DNA from: an uncultured bacterium
GTDB lineage: Bacteria > Krumholzibacteriota > Krumholzibacteriia > Krumholzibacteriales > Krumholzibacteriaceae
Assembly: GCA_963813815.1 (NCBI GenBank)
Contig: CAWFAD010000009.1
Coordinates: 6,851-70,850, forward strand
Length of the DNA stretch: 64,000 nucleotides
Reading direction: 5' to 3'
The notes beneath the pieces were generated by a model. It was not told the DNA's origin. It saw only the letters and a program-made list of their open reading frames with translations, and made no database searches. The number at the start of each line of letters is the position of its first letter. Position 1 is the stretch's first letter. Shown here one piece after another: positions 17,437-27,282 of this stretch. The position numbers and the translations under genes are program-made.

Positions 17437-18552
17437 CTACCGGCCCTCCCCGCCCTTGACGATCTTGACGAGGTCGCCGTCCTCGAGCATGGTCTGGCCG
17501 AAGAGCACGACGCGGTCGCCGGCGCTCACGCCCGATCTGATCTCGACTTCGTCGGTGGTGCGGAGCCCCGGTTGCACCGCCCGCAGGCGCGCCACGGAGC
17601 GGGAGCTGTCGTCCTGCGCCACGACGTACACGTGCGGCTCGCCCCGCACCTCGAACAGGCTTTCCGCGGGGACCTTCACGACGCCTCTCCGGAAACCCGC
17701 GAGAACGTCGAACGAGAGAAGAATCCCCGGCATGAGCTTGCCGTTCGCGTTCGGAAACGAGGCCTCGCCGCGGACGAGGTGGCTCTCCGGATCGGCCGCC
17801 AGATCGAGCTTGCTGACGATCCCCGAGCCGGAGGCGCCGTTCGACGCGGAGCGCCAGACGGCCTTCTGTCCCCGCGCGAGGATCATCGCCTGACGGCTGC
17901 CGGCCTCGAAGCTCACGCGCACCGAGTCGGTGCGGGCCACCCACATGAGCGGCGAATAGGCGGGCGCCATCTCCCCTTCCTTCACGAGCACGATCGTGAC
18001 GATCCCGGCGTGCGTCGCGAGCAGGCTCGTGCTCTGCCGGGCGTTCGAGAGATCGGTCTTCGCGACCGCGACCGCGAGCTCCGCCTTTTCGAGCGCCTGC
18101 TGCGACACGGCCCCTTCCTTGAAGAGGTTTCGCATTCTCTCGACGTCGGCGAGGGCGTCCTGATACACGGCGAGGGAACGGTCGTAGGAGTGGAGCATCG
18201 GATTGGGCGCCGCCGTCTCGAGGCGAATGAGCACGTCCCCCTTCTTCACGCGGTCCCCCTCCCGCTTCGGCACGCCGACGATCGTGATCGAGTTCGTGGA
18301 GATCACGGGGTACTGCAGCGAGCCTTCGACGGTGCCGGCGAGGGTCGTCCACGAATCGAGATCGCCCGCCGCGGCGACGACGACCTCGACCGGCTTCCCA
18401 TCGCGCGCCTGAATCTCGGTGATGCTCGCGTAGCTCTTTCGCTCGCCGATCTGCAGAAACCGCAGAACGAAGATCATTGCGATGACGGCGACCGCGGCCG
18501 GCGCCGCCCAGCGGGCGAGCCCTCGTTTTCCGCCTCTCGACCGTTCTTCCAT
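17437..18552 (-). CDS. RND efflux membrane fusion protein (HlyD/AcrA family periplasmic adaptor)
   Basis: N-terminal TM anchor; lipoyl-like KKGDVLIRLE; beta-barrel/MP domains; AAGGAAG RBS. The 620-aa ORF extends upstream in frame but starts at MEERSRGG. Confidence 0.85.
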   Translation of the reverse strand: MEERSRGGKRGLARWAAPAAVAVIAMIFVLRFLQIGERKSYASITEIQARDGKPVEVVVAAAGDLDSWTTLAGTVEGSLQYPVISTNSITIVGVPKREGDRVKKGDVLIRLETAAPNPMLHSYDRSLAVYQDALADVERMRNLFKEGAVSQQALEKAELAVAVAKTDLSNARQSTSLLATHAGIVTIVLVKEGEMAPAYSPLMWVARTDSVRVSFEAGSRQAMILARGQKAVWRSASNGASGSGIVSKLDLAADPESHLVRGEASFPNANGKLMPGILLSFDVLAGFRRGVVKVPAESLFEVRGEPHVYVVAQDDSSRSVARLRAVQPGLRTTDEVEIRSGVSAGDRVVLFGQTMLEDGDLVKIVKGGEGR

Positions 18553-18632
18553 TCCTATTCTTCCTTTCGATAATGCCGGTTCGGCTTTCTTGCCCGCCGG
18601 AAACCGGCTCTGTTCATCCGGTGCGTCCGGCC

Positions 18633-20033
18633 TCATTTCGGGCCGGCGAGAGCTTCCGTTCCGACGGCGAGCTCGAGATACGCCTCGGCCATGCGCGATG
18701 AAAAGAGCGCCTCGACGAGCTGGGCCCGCGCCGTCGTCATCGCGAGCTCGGCGTCGAGCCGCTCGAGCGGGGTGGCGAGCCCGTTCGTGAGCCGCACGAG
18801 GGCGATCCGGTAGGTCTCCTCGGCGAGCGCCACCGATTCCTCGCGCCCCTCGAGCGCCGAAAGGGCGTTCTCGAGATTGCGGTACGATTGCCGCACGGCG
18901 AGGTCCTTGTCCCGCGTGACGCGCTCGAGCTCGAGCTCCGCGCCGCGCAGGTCGGCCGCGGCTTTTCCGATCTTTCCCTTGGCGCTGAATCCGTCGAATA
19001 TCGGTATCTGAAATCCTATCTGAACCGCTGCGGACTTGGCGACGAGGTCCTGAGGCGGCAGCCATTCGTTCGACCACTGGGTCTGCACCGCGTAGTAGGC
19101 GTCGAGGCTCAGCATCGGGTAGCGGTCGGCCTTCGCGATGCGCAGAAACTGTTTCTCGGCGCCGACGGCGCTCCGCAGGGCCTGAATCTCGGGGCTCGAA
19201 GCGAGCATCGCCGCGAGCACGGCGTCGATCCCCGCCGGAGGCGCGCCCGCGGAGAGCGAGTCGGTGAGCGTCACGGCATCCCCCGCGTCGATGCCGCACC
19301 GGCGGCGCAGCGTGAGGAGCGCCTGATCGTAATCGTTTCGCGCCTTGACGAGGGGCGCCTTCCGGTTCGCGAGCTCGACTTCGGCGCGCAGCCTGTCGTA
19401 CCGGCTCACGACTCCCTCGTCGAACCCGACGCGCGCGATGCGCGCCGCCTCGGCGACCGTTTCGGAGGCCTTCTCCTCGATGCGAAGAAGCTCGGCGGCG
19501 AGGAGAACGCCGTAGTACGCCTCCTTGACGCTGAACCGCACGTAATCCGACGCCGCGCTCTCCCGGTACCGGGCCGAGGCCAGATAGTGCTTCGCGGCCT
19601 CGAGCCCCGCCGACACGCGCCCGGCCGCCCAGAGCACTTGGCTCACGGAAGCGGCGGCCTGAAAGTCGTTGTCTTCCCCGATCTCGATCTTGACGGAGCC
19701 CGAGCCCTCCCCGAAGAACGCGGCCGGAAGGAAGAACGATGGCCGCAGGAGATTGCGCCCGTACTGCCCGGAAACCGACAGGTGCGGCAAGGCGTTCGCC
19801 CGCGCTTCCATGACCTGCCCCTCGGCTCCCGCCACCGCCTGCGTCACCTGCCGGAGCATCTCGTCGTTCTGGATGCCGAGATCGATCGCCTTCTCGAGGC
19901 CGAGGCTCATCTCCCCGGCGCCCGCCGAGGAGGGGCCCGGCCCGGCGAGTATCGCGCCGCCGATGAGAAGCGCCGCCGCGGCGCGCAACGGGGCGCCCCG
20001 CAGGCCGCTACGGCCGCCTGCTGTCACCGTCAT
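18633..20033 (-). CDS. TolC-like outer membrane efflux protein (OMF family)
   Basis: Signal peptide; two OEP repeats with coiled-coil regions (LELERVTRDKDLAVRQSYRNLENALSALEG...). Confidence 0.8.
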   Translation of the reverse strand: MTVTAGGRSGLRGAPLRAAAALLIGGAILAGPGPSSAGAGEMSLGLEKAIDLGIQNDEMLRQVTQAVAGAEGQVMEARANALPHLSVSGQYGRNLLRPSFFLPAAFFGEGSGSVKIEIGEDNDFQAAASVSQVLWAAGRVSAGLEAAKHYLASARYRESAASDYVRFSVKEAYYGVLLAAELLRIEEKASETVAEAARIARVGFDEGVVSRYDRLRAEVELANRKAPLVKARNDYDQALLTLRRRCGIDAGDAVTLTDSLSAGAPPAGIDAVLAAMLASSPEIQALRSAVGAEKQFLRIAKADRYPMLSLDAYYAVQTQWSNEWLPPQDLVAKSAAVQIGFQIPIFDGFSAKGKIGKAAADLRGAELELERVTRDKDLAVRQSYRNLENALSALEGREESVALAEETYRIALVRLTNGLATPLERLDAELAMTTARAQLVEALFSSRMAEAYLELAVGTEALAGPK

Positions 20034-20037
20034 TTCG

Positions 20038-20718
20038 TCATTCCTTTCCCTGAAGTTCCGGCCGCCCAAGAAGCGGCTCGATGATCAAACGGTCTATGAC
20101 CCCCGGAACGTCGTCGAAGCACTCGACGTTCCGCCGCGTCATGTACAAGTGCAGTAGCTCGTGCACGGCGCCCACGAGGATGGCCGCGAGCACGGCGGGA
20201 TCCATGCGCCGGACATCCCCCCGCTCCATCGCCTTCTTGCAGAGAACCTCTATTGTTTCGCGGTTTCGCTCGATCTCGCCGCGAATGCTCCCTTCGAGGT
20301 ATATCGGGCACTCCTTCGTGTAGATCAGGAAAAAGTCGAGGTGCTTCTTGAAATGCCTGATCGCCGCCGCCAGCCGGCACCGGAGCTGCTCGACGGGAGG
20401 GTCGTCCGGACGACAGGAGGCGTCCCCCTCGCGGCGCATCTCCTCCACGTATGTCTCGAGGAGCTTCCGGAATATTTCCTCTTTGCCGGTGAAGTACGAG
20501 TAGAGCTTTCCCACGGACATGTCGGCCCGATCCGCAATGTCCTTCATGCTCGTTTTCTGATACCCCTGATGGCCGATCAGTTCAACGGCGGAGGCGAGAA
20601 TGATCTCCCGGCATCTTCGACGCTCGCGGTCTCGTCGCGTGCTGTGGCTATCATCCCCCGCATGGAGCGCGCCCGACTTCACGATAGATCCTCCGGGTTC
20701 GGCCGATACCGGCGCCAT
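20038..20718 (-). CDS. TetR/AcrR-family transcriptional regulator, likely repressor of the downstream OMF-MFP-RND operon
   Basis: HTH ILASAVELIGHQGYQKTSMKDIADRADMSVGKLYSYFTGKEEIF; 4 nt from the OMF start. Confidence 0.8.
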   Translation of the reverse strand: MAPVSAEPGGSIVKSGALHAGDDSHSTRRDRERRRCREIILASAVELIGHQGYQKTSMKDIADRADMSVGKLYSYFTGKEEIFRKLLETYVEEMRREGDASCRPDDPPVEQLRCRLAAAIRHFKKHLDFFLIYTKECPIYLEGSIRGEIERNRETIEVLCKKAMERGDVRRMDPAVLAAILVGAVHELLHLYMTRRNVECFDDVPGVIDRLIIEPLLGRPELQGKE

Positions 20719-20796
20719 GAATACAAATTCGAAATATGAATATACATTCTGAATCGTAGTACGCAAGCAAAATACCAGCGGAGCCCGAATGCGCCG

Positions 20797-20822
20797 AGGG
20801 CGATGGATCATGCTCCATCGCC
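20797..20822 (-). terminator. Strong hairpin (10-bp stem) downstream of the ankyrin-MBL gene, in the TetR promoter region
   Basis: GGGCGATGGA-tcatgc-TCCATCGCCC. Confidence 0.45.
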
Positions 20823-20882
20823 CTCTATCCGCGGGTCACACCCTCACGTGGTGCTATCTATTCATTCGACAAGCTATTTCCT

Positions 20883-22814
20883 CTAAATACTCGACAGCTT
20901 GCCGTTCTTGTAGAGGAATCTGTCTCCCCGCGCCAGCGGAAGTCCCTGCGGCACGACGCACCCGGCCTTCCGCGCATCCCCCTCGAAGTCGTAGTAGCGC
21001 TTGCAGCTGCTGCCGCCGTGCATCGGAAAGATGCACTCGGGGCTCAGCTTGTTCACGGCGAAATAGACGCCTTTCTTGACGATCTCCTGATCGCCGAACC
21101 CGCACCCCGAGACGGGGAAGAACGCGAAATCGATCTCGCGGCCGAGCCCCGCGAGGTAATCGATCTCGGCGGCGTAGGCGCCGTCGACGTTGGCGTCGCG
21201 GTTATGATGGTCGCCCGAGTGCAGGAAGGTGACGCCGTCGACCGTGACGAGGAATCCGACGCCGGCGTCGGTCGAGCGGATCGCCGTCACGTCGATCCCG
21301 CCGATGCTCTTCGTTTGACGCGGATCGATGCGCTCGCACGCCACGTTCGTATCCGGCTCCTGCCCAAACACCCACGTGATGCCGTCGAGCCCCTCGTTCC
21401 ATTTGAAATTCGCCTTGTTGTAATGATCGACGTGCGACGTGTGCGAAACGAAAGCCGTCACCTTCTTGCCCCGCAGATCCCCGGGGTTGACGCAGCCGTT
21501 GAGAAGGCTCGGCGAATCGGGGGCGCGGCCGTCCTGAAAATAGTCGAAGATCATGACGTTGCTCTTCGTCTGCACGATCCAGCCGGAGTGACCCGTGTAG
21601 TATACGATCGCTTCTCCGTCGCCGAGCTTCTTCGAGAGGAGCGCGGCCGCCGAGGCTTCCTTGCCGGCGCCCTTTCCACCCTTCGCCTTGATGGCGCGCG
21701 CCACTGACGCGTTGCCGTGCCTCGCCGCGTAGTGGAGCGGCGTGTTTCCGAAGCGATCCTCGACGTTCAGGGACGCTCCCTTCTCGATGAGCAGCTCCGC
21801 GACGTCCCCATACCCCTTGGCCGCCGCCAGATGCAGCGCCGTGGCGCCGAAGTTGCCGTCGAGGGCGTCCATTTTCGCTCCCGCCGAAATGAGATATCGC
21901 GTTAAATCGGGGTTCCCCCGTTCGGCCGCGATGAGCAGAGGGGTGAGCCCCTCGTTGTTCACGAGATCGATCTCGCACCCTTTCTCCACGAGGAGCCGCG
22001 CGAGTTCGGCGCTGCCGCGATACGCGAGACGGTGCAGAGCGTTGTTGCCGAAAGGATCGACGCCTTTCGCGTCCGCTCCCCGCGCGAGGAGGAGCTCGAT
22101 GAGATCGCTCGATCCCGCGATCATGGACACCGCGAGCGGAGATTGACCGTTGTGGCTCGTTTCGTTCGGATCGGCGCCGTTGTCGAGGAGATAGGCGGCC
22201 ATCTCCGTCCGGCCGCGCATGGCGGCCGCTACGAGTGGCGTGTTGCCGAACTGATCGCAGCCGGCGGCGAGAGAAGCCCCATTCGACACGAGCTCCTTGA
22301 GGGCGGCGACGTCGCCGCGATAGCAGGCGAAATGAACGAGCGACGATCCCTGCGTCGTCCGGTCGTCGAGCTTTCCGCCCTTCGAGGCGAGATAGCGCAC
22401 CAGCTCGAACCTGCCGCGCGAACCGGCGAACAGCACGGCGGTCATGCCGTTATCGTCCTTCGAGTTTATATCGACCCCACGCGAGAGAATAAGATCCAAT
22501 ATCTCCCGGCTTTCGCCGCATGCCGCCAGATGCAACGCGTTGCTGTTCTCGTTGTCGCCGAGATTCGGGTCGGCGCCCCTGTCGAGAAGAAGACGCGCGG
22601 CCTCCACGTTGCCGATGATGATCGCCACGTGAAGCGGCGGGTTGCCGTCCGCGTCTTTGAGACCGAGAACGGATTTGTCGGCCGCGACGAGACGCTCGAT
22701 CGTCCCGACGTCCCCGAGGCGGACCGCCTCGTGGATCTCTCCCGCCATGAGCCCGGCGGCCGAGCCGAGAACGGCGAGAGCGAGCAAACATATACGCATG
22801 ATACGCATGGGCAC
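20883..22814 (-). CDS. Secreted ankyrin-repeat protein fused to a C-terminal metallo-beta-lactamase-fold hydrolase domain
   Basis: Signal peptide MRICLLALAVLGSAAG; about 10 ANK repeats (DADGNPPLHVAIIIGNVEAARLLLDRGADPN, etc.); MBL motifs SHTSHVDH and SGDHHNRD. Confidence 0.8.
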   Translation of the reverse strand: MPMRIMRICLLALAVLGSAAGLMAGEIHEAVRLGDVGTIERLVAADKSVLGLKDADGNPPLHVAIIIGNVEAARLLLDRGADPNLGDNENSNALHLAACGESREILDLILSRGVDINSKDDNGMTAVLFAGSRGRFELVRYLASKGGKLDDRTTQGSSLVHFACYRGDVAALKELVSNGASLAAGCDQFGNTPLVAAAMRGRTEMAAYLLDNGADPNETSHNGQSPLAVSMIAGSSDLIELLLARGADAKGVDPFGNNALHRLAYRGSAELARLLVEKGCEIDLVNNEGLTPLLIAAERGNPDLTRYLISAGAKMDALDGNFGATALHLAAAKGYGDVAELLIEKGASLNVEDRFGNTPLHYAARHGNASVARAIKAKGGKGAGKEASAAALLSKKLGDGEAIVYYTGHSGWIVQTKSNVMIFDYFQDGRAPDSPSLLNGCVNPGDLRGKKVTAFVSHTSHVDHYNKANFKWNEGLDGITWVFGQEPDTNVACERIDPRQTKSIGGIDVTAIRSTDAGVGFLVTVDGVTFLHSGDHHNRDANVDGAYAAEIDYLAGLGREIDFAFFPVSGCGFGDQEIVKKGVYFAVNKLSPECIFPMHGGSSCKRYYDFEGDARKAGCVVPQGLPLARGDRFLYKNGKLSSI

Positions 22815-22904
22815 CCCTTTCTTTATAAAGGGATATACGACGCGAGCTCACAAAAGTGCCGCGATACCTCAAAAATGAGGAAACAATTGTGGACGGTCGA
22901 GCGT

Positions 22905-22940
22905 ACTACTGTTAAGTTAGCGATAGTGTTAAATTAACAA
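22905..22940 (+). promoter_or_regulatory. Candidate PadR operator: inverted repeat TGTTAA-A-TTAACA with adjacent direct TGTTAAG copy
   Basis: ctGTTAAGttagcgatagTGTTAAaTTAACAat lies 20-55 nt upstream of the padR TTG start. Confidence 0.4.
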
Positions 22941-22960
22941 TATTCGGTGGAGGTGCGCAA

Positions 22961-23329
22961 TTGATTGAAAAACCGCCGGATAAGAAGTTCCAGAAGGAGC
23001 TCAACGCCGGGACCGCCGCGCTCGTGCTCCTCGGAGTCCTCGAGAGGAGCCGCGAGCCGATGTACGGGTATCAGCTCGCGAAGCTCATCTCCTCGTCGAG
23101 CGACGAGACGCCGATGATGAAGCAGGGCGCCCTGTACCCGGTGCTCCGCTCCCTCGAGCGGAGCGGCCTGCTCGAGAGCTCCGTCGAAACCTCCGTCTCC
23201 GGTCCGCCCCGCCGGTACTACGTCATAACCGGGGCGGGGCGCGAAACGCTCGCGCGCTGGATCGAGATGTGGAAGGGAAGCAGGGATTTCGTCGACTCGA
23301 TTCTCAGGGGGGTGCACGATGAATCATGA
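22961..23329 (+). CDS. PadR-family transcriptional regulator (TTG start)
   Basis: Winged HTH GYQLAKLISSSSDETPMMKQGALYPVLRSLERSGLLES; GGAGG RBS. Confidence 0.85.
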   Translation: MIEKPPDKKFQKELNAGTAALVLLGVLERSREPMYGYQLAKLISSSSDETPMMKQGALYPVLRSLERSGLLESSVETSVSGPPRRYYVITGAGRETLARWIEMWKGSRDFVDSILRGVHDES

Positions 23330-24203
23330 GATTGGGGAGTACTTGGAAAGGCTCAAGGCCGCGCTCCGGGGAGCCGACCCGGCGACGATCCAGGACGCCC
23401 TCGCCGACGCCGAAGAGCATCTCACCTTGGCTGCGCAGCGGGAGAGCGCCGGCGGAGAGGCCCGCTCGTTCGAGGGAATCATCGCGGAATACGGATCGCC
23501 CGAGGAAATCGCCTCGGCCTATCGCGAGCTCGAGGCGAAAAGCCCCGTGCCGTTCCCGGCCATCGCGCCCGCCGCGAACGGCCGCTCCTTCTGGAAGAGG
23601 TTTTTCGGCGTCACCGTCGATCTGCGGGCGTACGCCGCGCTCATCTATCTCTTCGCGTCGATCGCGCTCGGCGTTCTCTACTTCACGATCGCCACGACGG
23701 GCGTCAGCCTGTCGCTCGGTCTCATCGTCCTCATCATAGGCGTTCCCTTCGCCGTCGGATTCCTCACCTCGGTGCGCGGGATAGCCGTCCTCGAGGGGCG
23801 CATCGTCGAGGTCCTCCTCGGCGTGCGCATGCCGCGATTGCCGGTATTTCTGCGGAAGGACCTCAAGTGGCATCAGAGAATCGGAAAGATCTTCTCCGAC
23901 AGGAGCACGTGGACCGCGCTGCTCTATCTCGTGCTCATGCTCCCCCTCGGGATCGTCTACTTCACGCTGGCGATCGTGCTGCTGACGATCTCCCTCGCCC
24001 TATTCGTTTCGCCATTCTACCTGTACGTGCTGGGGTTCCCGCTCTACGAGATGAACCGGTACGCGTACTTCCCTCCGGGATGGATGCTGCCGCTCTTCGT
24101 CGCGGCGGGGGCTCTCCTTTTCATCCTGACGCTCCATTTCGCGAAATGGCTCGGCGGAGTCCACGGCCGGTACGCGAAGGCGATGCTCGTGAAGACGGAA
24201 TAA
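23319..24203 (+). CDS. PadR-associated membrane protein (DUF1700/HAAS-like N-terminal helical domain plus multi-TM region)
   Basis: ATGA overlap with padR; N-terminus MNHEIGEYLERLKAALRGADPATIQDALADAEEHL typical of DUF1700; about 4 TM helices. Confidence 0.55.
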   Translation: MNHEIGEYLERLKAALRGADPATIQDALADAEEHLTLAAQRESAGGEARSFEGIIAEYGSPEEIASAYRELEAKSPVPFPAIAPAANGRSFWKRFFGVTVDLRAYAALIYLFASIALGVLYFTIATTGVSLSLGLIVLIIGVPFAVGFLTSVRGIAVLEGRIVEVLLGVRMPRLPVFLRKDLKWHQRIGKIFSDRSTWTALLYLVLMLPLGIVYFTLAIVLLTISLALFVSPFYLYVLGFPLYEMNRYAYFPPGWMLPLFVAAGALLFILTLHFAKWLGGVHGRYAKAMLVKTE

Positions 24204-24262
24204 AGGGCCTCCGCGACCCGCTCCGAATGCGGGCCGATAAATGGCATTCTGATCTCGGGAAA

Positions 24263-24277
24263 ATGGCATTTTGCCAT
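24263..24277 (+). promoter_or_regulatory. Perfect palindrome ATGGCA-ttt-TGCCAT upstream of GAF gene 1; preceded by direct repeat AAATGGCATT at 24237
   Basis: Visible in sequence, ~215 bp upstream of the sigma-54 -24 element; candidate enhancer/UAS. Confidence 0.35.
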
Positions 24278-24490
24278 GGGCGAGGGCGCTCAGGTCCGCG
24301 CGCGGGCGGGCCCGGGGCGGCGCCGCCCGCCGCAATCGACGGCGCCTTCGGGACCCCAAAGACGCAACCCATTGCCAATTAGTCAATTAGAGGCCAAAGC
24401 GGCGTCCGAGGGGACGCCGGGAAACGCTCCCCGCCGCGCGGGCCATCGTCCCGTCCGGCGGGGTCGCGGCCCGGCGTTTCGAACCATTCT

Positions 24491-24505
24491 TGGCACCAGT
24501 GTTGC
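24491..24505 (+). promoter_or_regulatory. Sigma-54 (RpoN) promoter, -24/-12: TGGCACcagtgTTGC
   Basis: Exact match to the TGGCAC-N5-TTGC consensus, ~50 nt upstream of the GAF gene 1 start. Confidence 0.75.
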
Positions 24506-24567
24506 GTTCACCGTTCATTGGAGGCAACACGGGCCGCCCACCGGGGCGCGGCGCCGGTTGAATAACC

Positions 24568-25503
24568 ATGAATGAACCGCTTTCGAGGAACGGGGATTGC
24601 ATTCCGATGCCGGAAAGTCATGACGCCGAAGGCGTGGATTCCGGCGACGCTCCGCGGATCTCGCGGAGCCGGCAGCTCTATAGCAGCATCTGGCACAACT
24701 GGCTCATGCTCATCTCGGTGATGTGCATCTCGACGTTCGGTCTCGTCGCCGCGATCCCGCCGCTTCTCGGCGGGCCGGCCGCGACGGAGTGGCCGTGGGC
24801 GATGACCGATCGATTCCTGCTCGTCGCGCTCTCTCTCCTCGTGCTGGGGGCCGCCGCATACCTCACCCGTCATCAGCGGCGCATCATAGAGCTCCACCGC
24901 GAGCTCACTATCCTCCGCGAGGATTCGGACAAGCTGATCCGCCAGCATACGACGAGGCTCTTCGCGCTCTCGAGCATCAATCGCATGATCAGCGTCGAAA
25001 CGGACCTCCAGAAGGTCTTCGACCGAATCACCAAGATGTGCGTCGAGAACTTCAACTGCCATCGAGCCTCGCTCATGTTGCACGACGCGGACGGCGGCGA
25101 CCTGATCATCCGATCGGTATGCGGCCAATCGAACGCTGGCATGCTGAACACCCGGCAACGAATTGGAGACGGGATCGCCGGATATGCCGCCGAGCGTCGC
25201 AAATCGGTGCTCATCTCGAGACCGGCCGATTCGACCCGATACTCCGGCCTCGAGCTCAAGGACCCCTCCCTCACTTCCGCCATGGTCGTTCCGATCGTCG
25301 TTCGGGATGAGCTCGTCGGCGTCATCAATGTCAGCAGCCGTTCGGCCGATACCGTCTACGACGATAACGACCTCCTCATGCTCGAGGCCTTCGCCTCGTG
25401 CGCCGGCGCATGCATCCGGCATACGGAGCATGTGAACTGGATGCGGCACATGGTGCCGCAGCTCTGCGGCGAGGTGGGCGACGACGCGGCGCGGGAGAGA
25501 TGA
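24568..25503 (+). CDS. Membrane-anchored GAF-domain protein (2 TM + GAF, no output domain), paralog 1
   Basis: TM helices WHNWLMLISVMCISTFGLVAAIPPLL and LLVALSLLVLGAAAYL; GAF core ...RIGDGIAGYAAERRKSVLIS...MVVPIVVRDELVGVINVSS. Confidence 0.75.
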   Translation: MNEPLSRNGDCIPMPESHDAEGVDSGDAPRISRSRQLYSSIWHNWLMLISVMCISTFGLVAAIPPLLGGPAATEWPWAMTDRFLLVALSLLVLGAAAYLTRHQRRIIELHRELTILREDSDKLIRQHTTRLFALSSINRMISVETDLQKVFDRITKMCVENFNCHRASLMLHDADGGDLIIRSVCGQSNAGMLNTRQRIGDGIAGYAAERRKSVLISRPADSTRYSGLELKDPSLTSAMVVPIVVRDELVGVINVSSRSADTVYDDNDLLMLEAFASCAGACIRHTEHVNWMRHMVPQLCGEVGDDAARER

Positions 25504-25597
25504 TCGCCCGGCCGGCGCCGACGAACCCGTCGATGATCGTTCCGCGAGCAACCGTCTCGGGCCCCCCGCGCATGGCGGCATTCCGACCGAAGGCGAA

Positions 25598-25610
25598 TGG
25601 CAATTTGCCA
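25598..25610 (+). promoter_or_regulatory. Palindrome TGGCA-att-TGCCA (same TGGCA-N3-TGCCA core as 24264-24276)
   Basis: Visible in sequence, in the 740-bp intergenic region between the two GAF paralogs. Confidence 0.3.
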
Positions 25611-26168
25611 GAAAGAACCGCGCGTCGCGACTCGCGGACCGGGCGCAAGGGTGCTCGGACCGGCGCGATCCAAGAATTCGCGGCGGCCGATAGCGGCGCG
25701 CTGTCGTCTCCCGTGGACGACAAACGGCGACACCCCGCGAGACTGCCATGGAAACCGCGCGCCGAAGCACCGATGCCGCACGGGAAGGCGGGCGACCCAT
25801 CCGAGCGGATGCACGAGCGATGAAAGAGCCTTCCGTATACGCGGAATCGAGGATCGTACCGCCGCGGATAGGGGCGCGCCGGGCGCCATTCATGGGTTGA
25901 TAGACCTGTGTTTCATGCTCGTCCTCGTGTCAACGGCCGCGACGCGAATTATTTGACGATATATTGGGCGATTGTTCCCGACTATTCCGCATACGTCCCC
26001 CGATTGTAAAGAGCCGGCGACACTCTCGACATACCTGTAAACGAATCCGGTGCCGAACCGTTGACAAGGGCCCTAAAACAGGGCGGCGGACAGTCAAGAA
26101 ACGCCGACGCTCCGCGCCGTTTGCGCCTCGCCCCGACCGCGCGGCGGCGCCGGGCCGCGGGCCGCCTT

Positions 26169-26183
26169 TGGCACCAGTGTTGC
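26169..26183 (+). promoter_or_regulatory. Sigma-54 promoter, second copy: TGGCACcagtgTTGC
   Basis: Identical 15-mer to 24491-24505, ~62 nt upstream of the GAF gene 2 start. Confidence 0.75.
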
Positions 26184-26245
26184 GTTTGCCGTCCGTCGGA
26201 GGCGACACGGGCCGCCCGCTGCGGCGCGGCAACGGTTGGAGAACG

Positions 26246-27184
26246 ATGAACGAGTCGATTTCGAGGGATACGGAACGCACGGCCATGACGCAGGACGATC
26301 ACGCCGGCGGCGGCGGGGGATGCGGCGACGCGCCGCAGAACGCGCGGAGCCGTCAGCTCTATCGCAGCATCTGGCACAACTGGCTCATGCTCGCGTCCGT
26401 GCTGTGCATATCGACGTTCGGCCTCGCCGCCGCGATCCCGCCTCTCCTCAGCGGGGAAGGGGTGACGCGGTGGCCGTGGGGGATAACCGATCGAGCGCTG
26501 CTCGTGGCGCTCTCGCTCCTCGTCATCGCGGCCGTCGCCTACCTCACCGATCAGCAGAGGCGCGTCATCGCGATGCACGGCGAGATCACCATTCTCCGCG
26601 AGGAGTCGGACAGGCGGATTCGCCAGCATACGACGAGACTCTTCGCGCTTTCGAACATCAGCCGCATGATCAGCGTCGAAACGGACCTTCACAATATCTT
26701 CGATCGAATCACCCGGATGTGCGTCGAGACCTTCAGCTGCTATCGGGCCTCGCTCATGCTGTACGACGCCAAACGCGAAGACCTCGCCGTCCGATCGGTG
26801 TGCGGGCACTCGGACGCGGGAATACTGAACGCACGGCAGCGGATCGGGGAGGGGATCGCTGGCTATGCCGCCAAGCGTCGCGAACCGATACTCCTCTCCG
26901 GCCCTGCCGATTCGACCCGATACCCCGGTCTCGAGCTCAAGGATCCGTCCCTGACCTCCGCCATGGTCGTGCCGATCATCGTCCGGGACGAGCTCGTCGG
27001 GGTTCTCAACGTGAGCAGCCGCTCTCCGGAGGTCGTCTACGACAAGAACGACCTCCTCGCCCTCGAGGGCTTCGCCTCGAGCGCCGGCGCCTGCATCCGG
27101 CATACCGAGCACGTGAACTGGATGCGGCACATGGTGCCGCAGCTCTGCGGCGAGGGGCGAGGCGACCCGGCGCGGACGCGCTGA
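26246..27184 (+). CDS. Membrane-anchored GAF-domain protein, paralog 2 (~80% identical to paralog 1)
   Basis: Same architecture and near-identical C-terminus (...CIRHTEHVNWMRHMVPQLCGE); preceded by the same CGGTTG..ATGAA leader. Confidence 0.75.
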   Translation: MNESISRDTERTAMTQDDHAGGGGGCGDAPQNARSRQLYRSIWHNWLMLASVLCISTFGLAAAIPPLLSGEGVTRWPWGITDRALLVALSLLVIAAVAYLTDQQRRVIAMHGEITILREESDRRIRQHTTRLFALSNISRMISVETDLHNIFDRITRMCVETFSCYRASLMLYDAKREDLAVRSVCGHSDAGILNARQRIGEGIAGYAAKRREPILLSGPADSTRYPGLELKDPSLTSAMVVPIIVRDELVGVLNVSSRSPEVVYDKNDLLALEGFASSAGACIRHTEHVNWMRHMVPQLCGEGRGDPARTR

Positions 27185-27282
27185 TCGCCGGGCCCGGCGG
27201 CGCGCGCCGGACGAAATTACCGATTACGCGGGAGCATTGGAAACCACACTCCTCCCTGCCGCCCCCGAACGACGCGGGAAGC

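Noticed and set aside
14343-17459. 1038-aa ORF on + strand
   Set aside because: It is antisense to the clearly homologous RND transporter gene. The Arg/Asp/Glu-rich low-complexity translation is typical of an off-frame in high-GC DNA.
24508-27130. Long - strand ORFs (461 aa, 382 aa) opposite the GAF genes
   Set aside because: They are antisense to genes with clear GAF homology, and their composition is Arg/Gly-rich.
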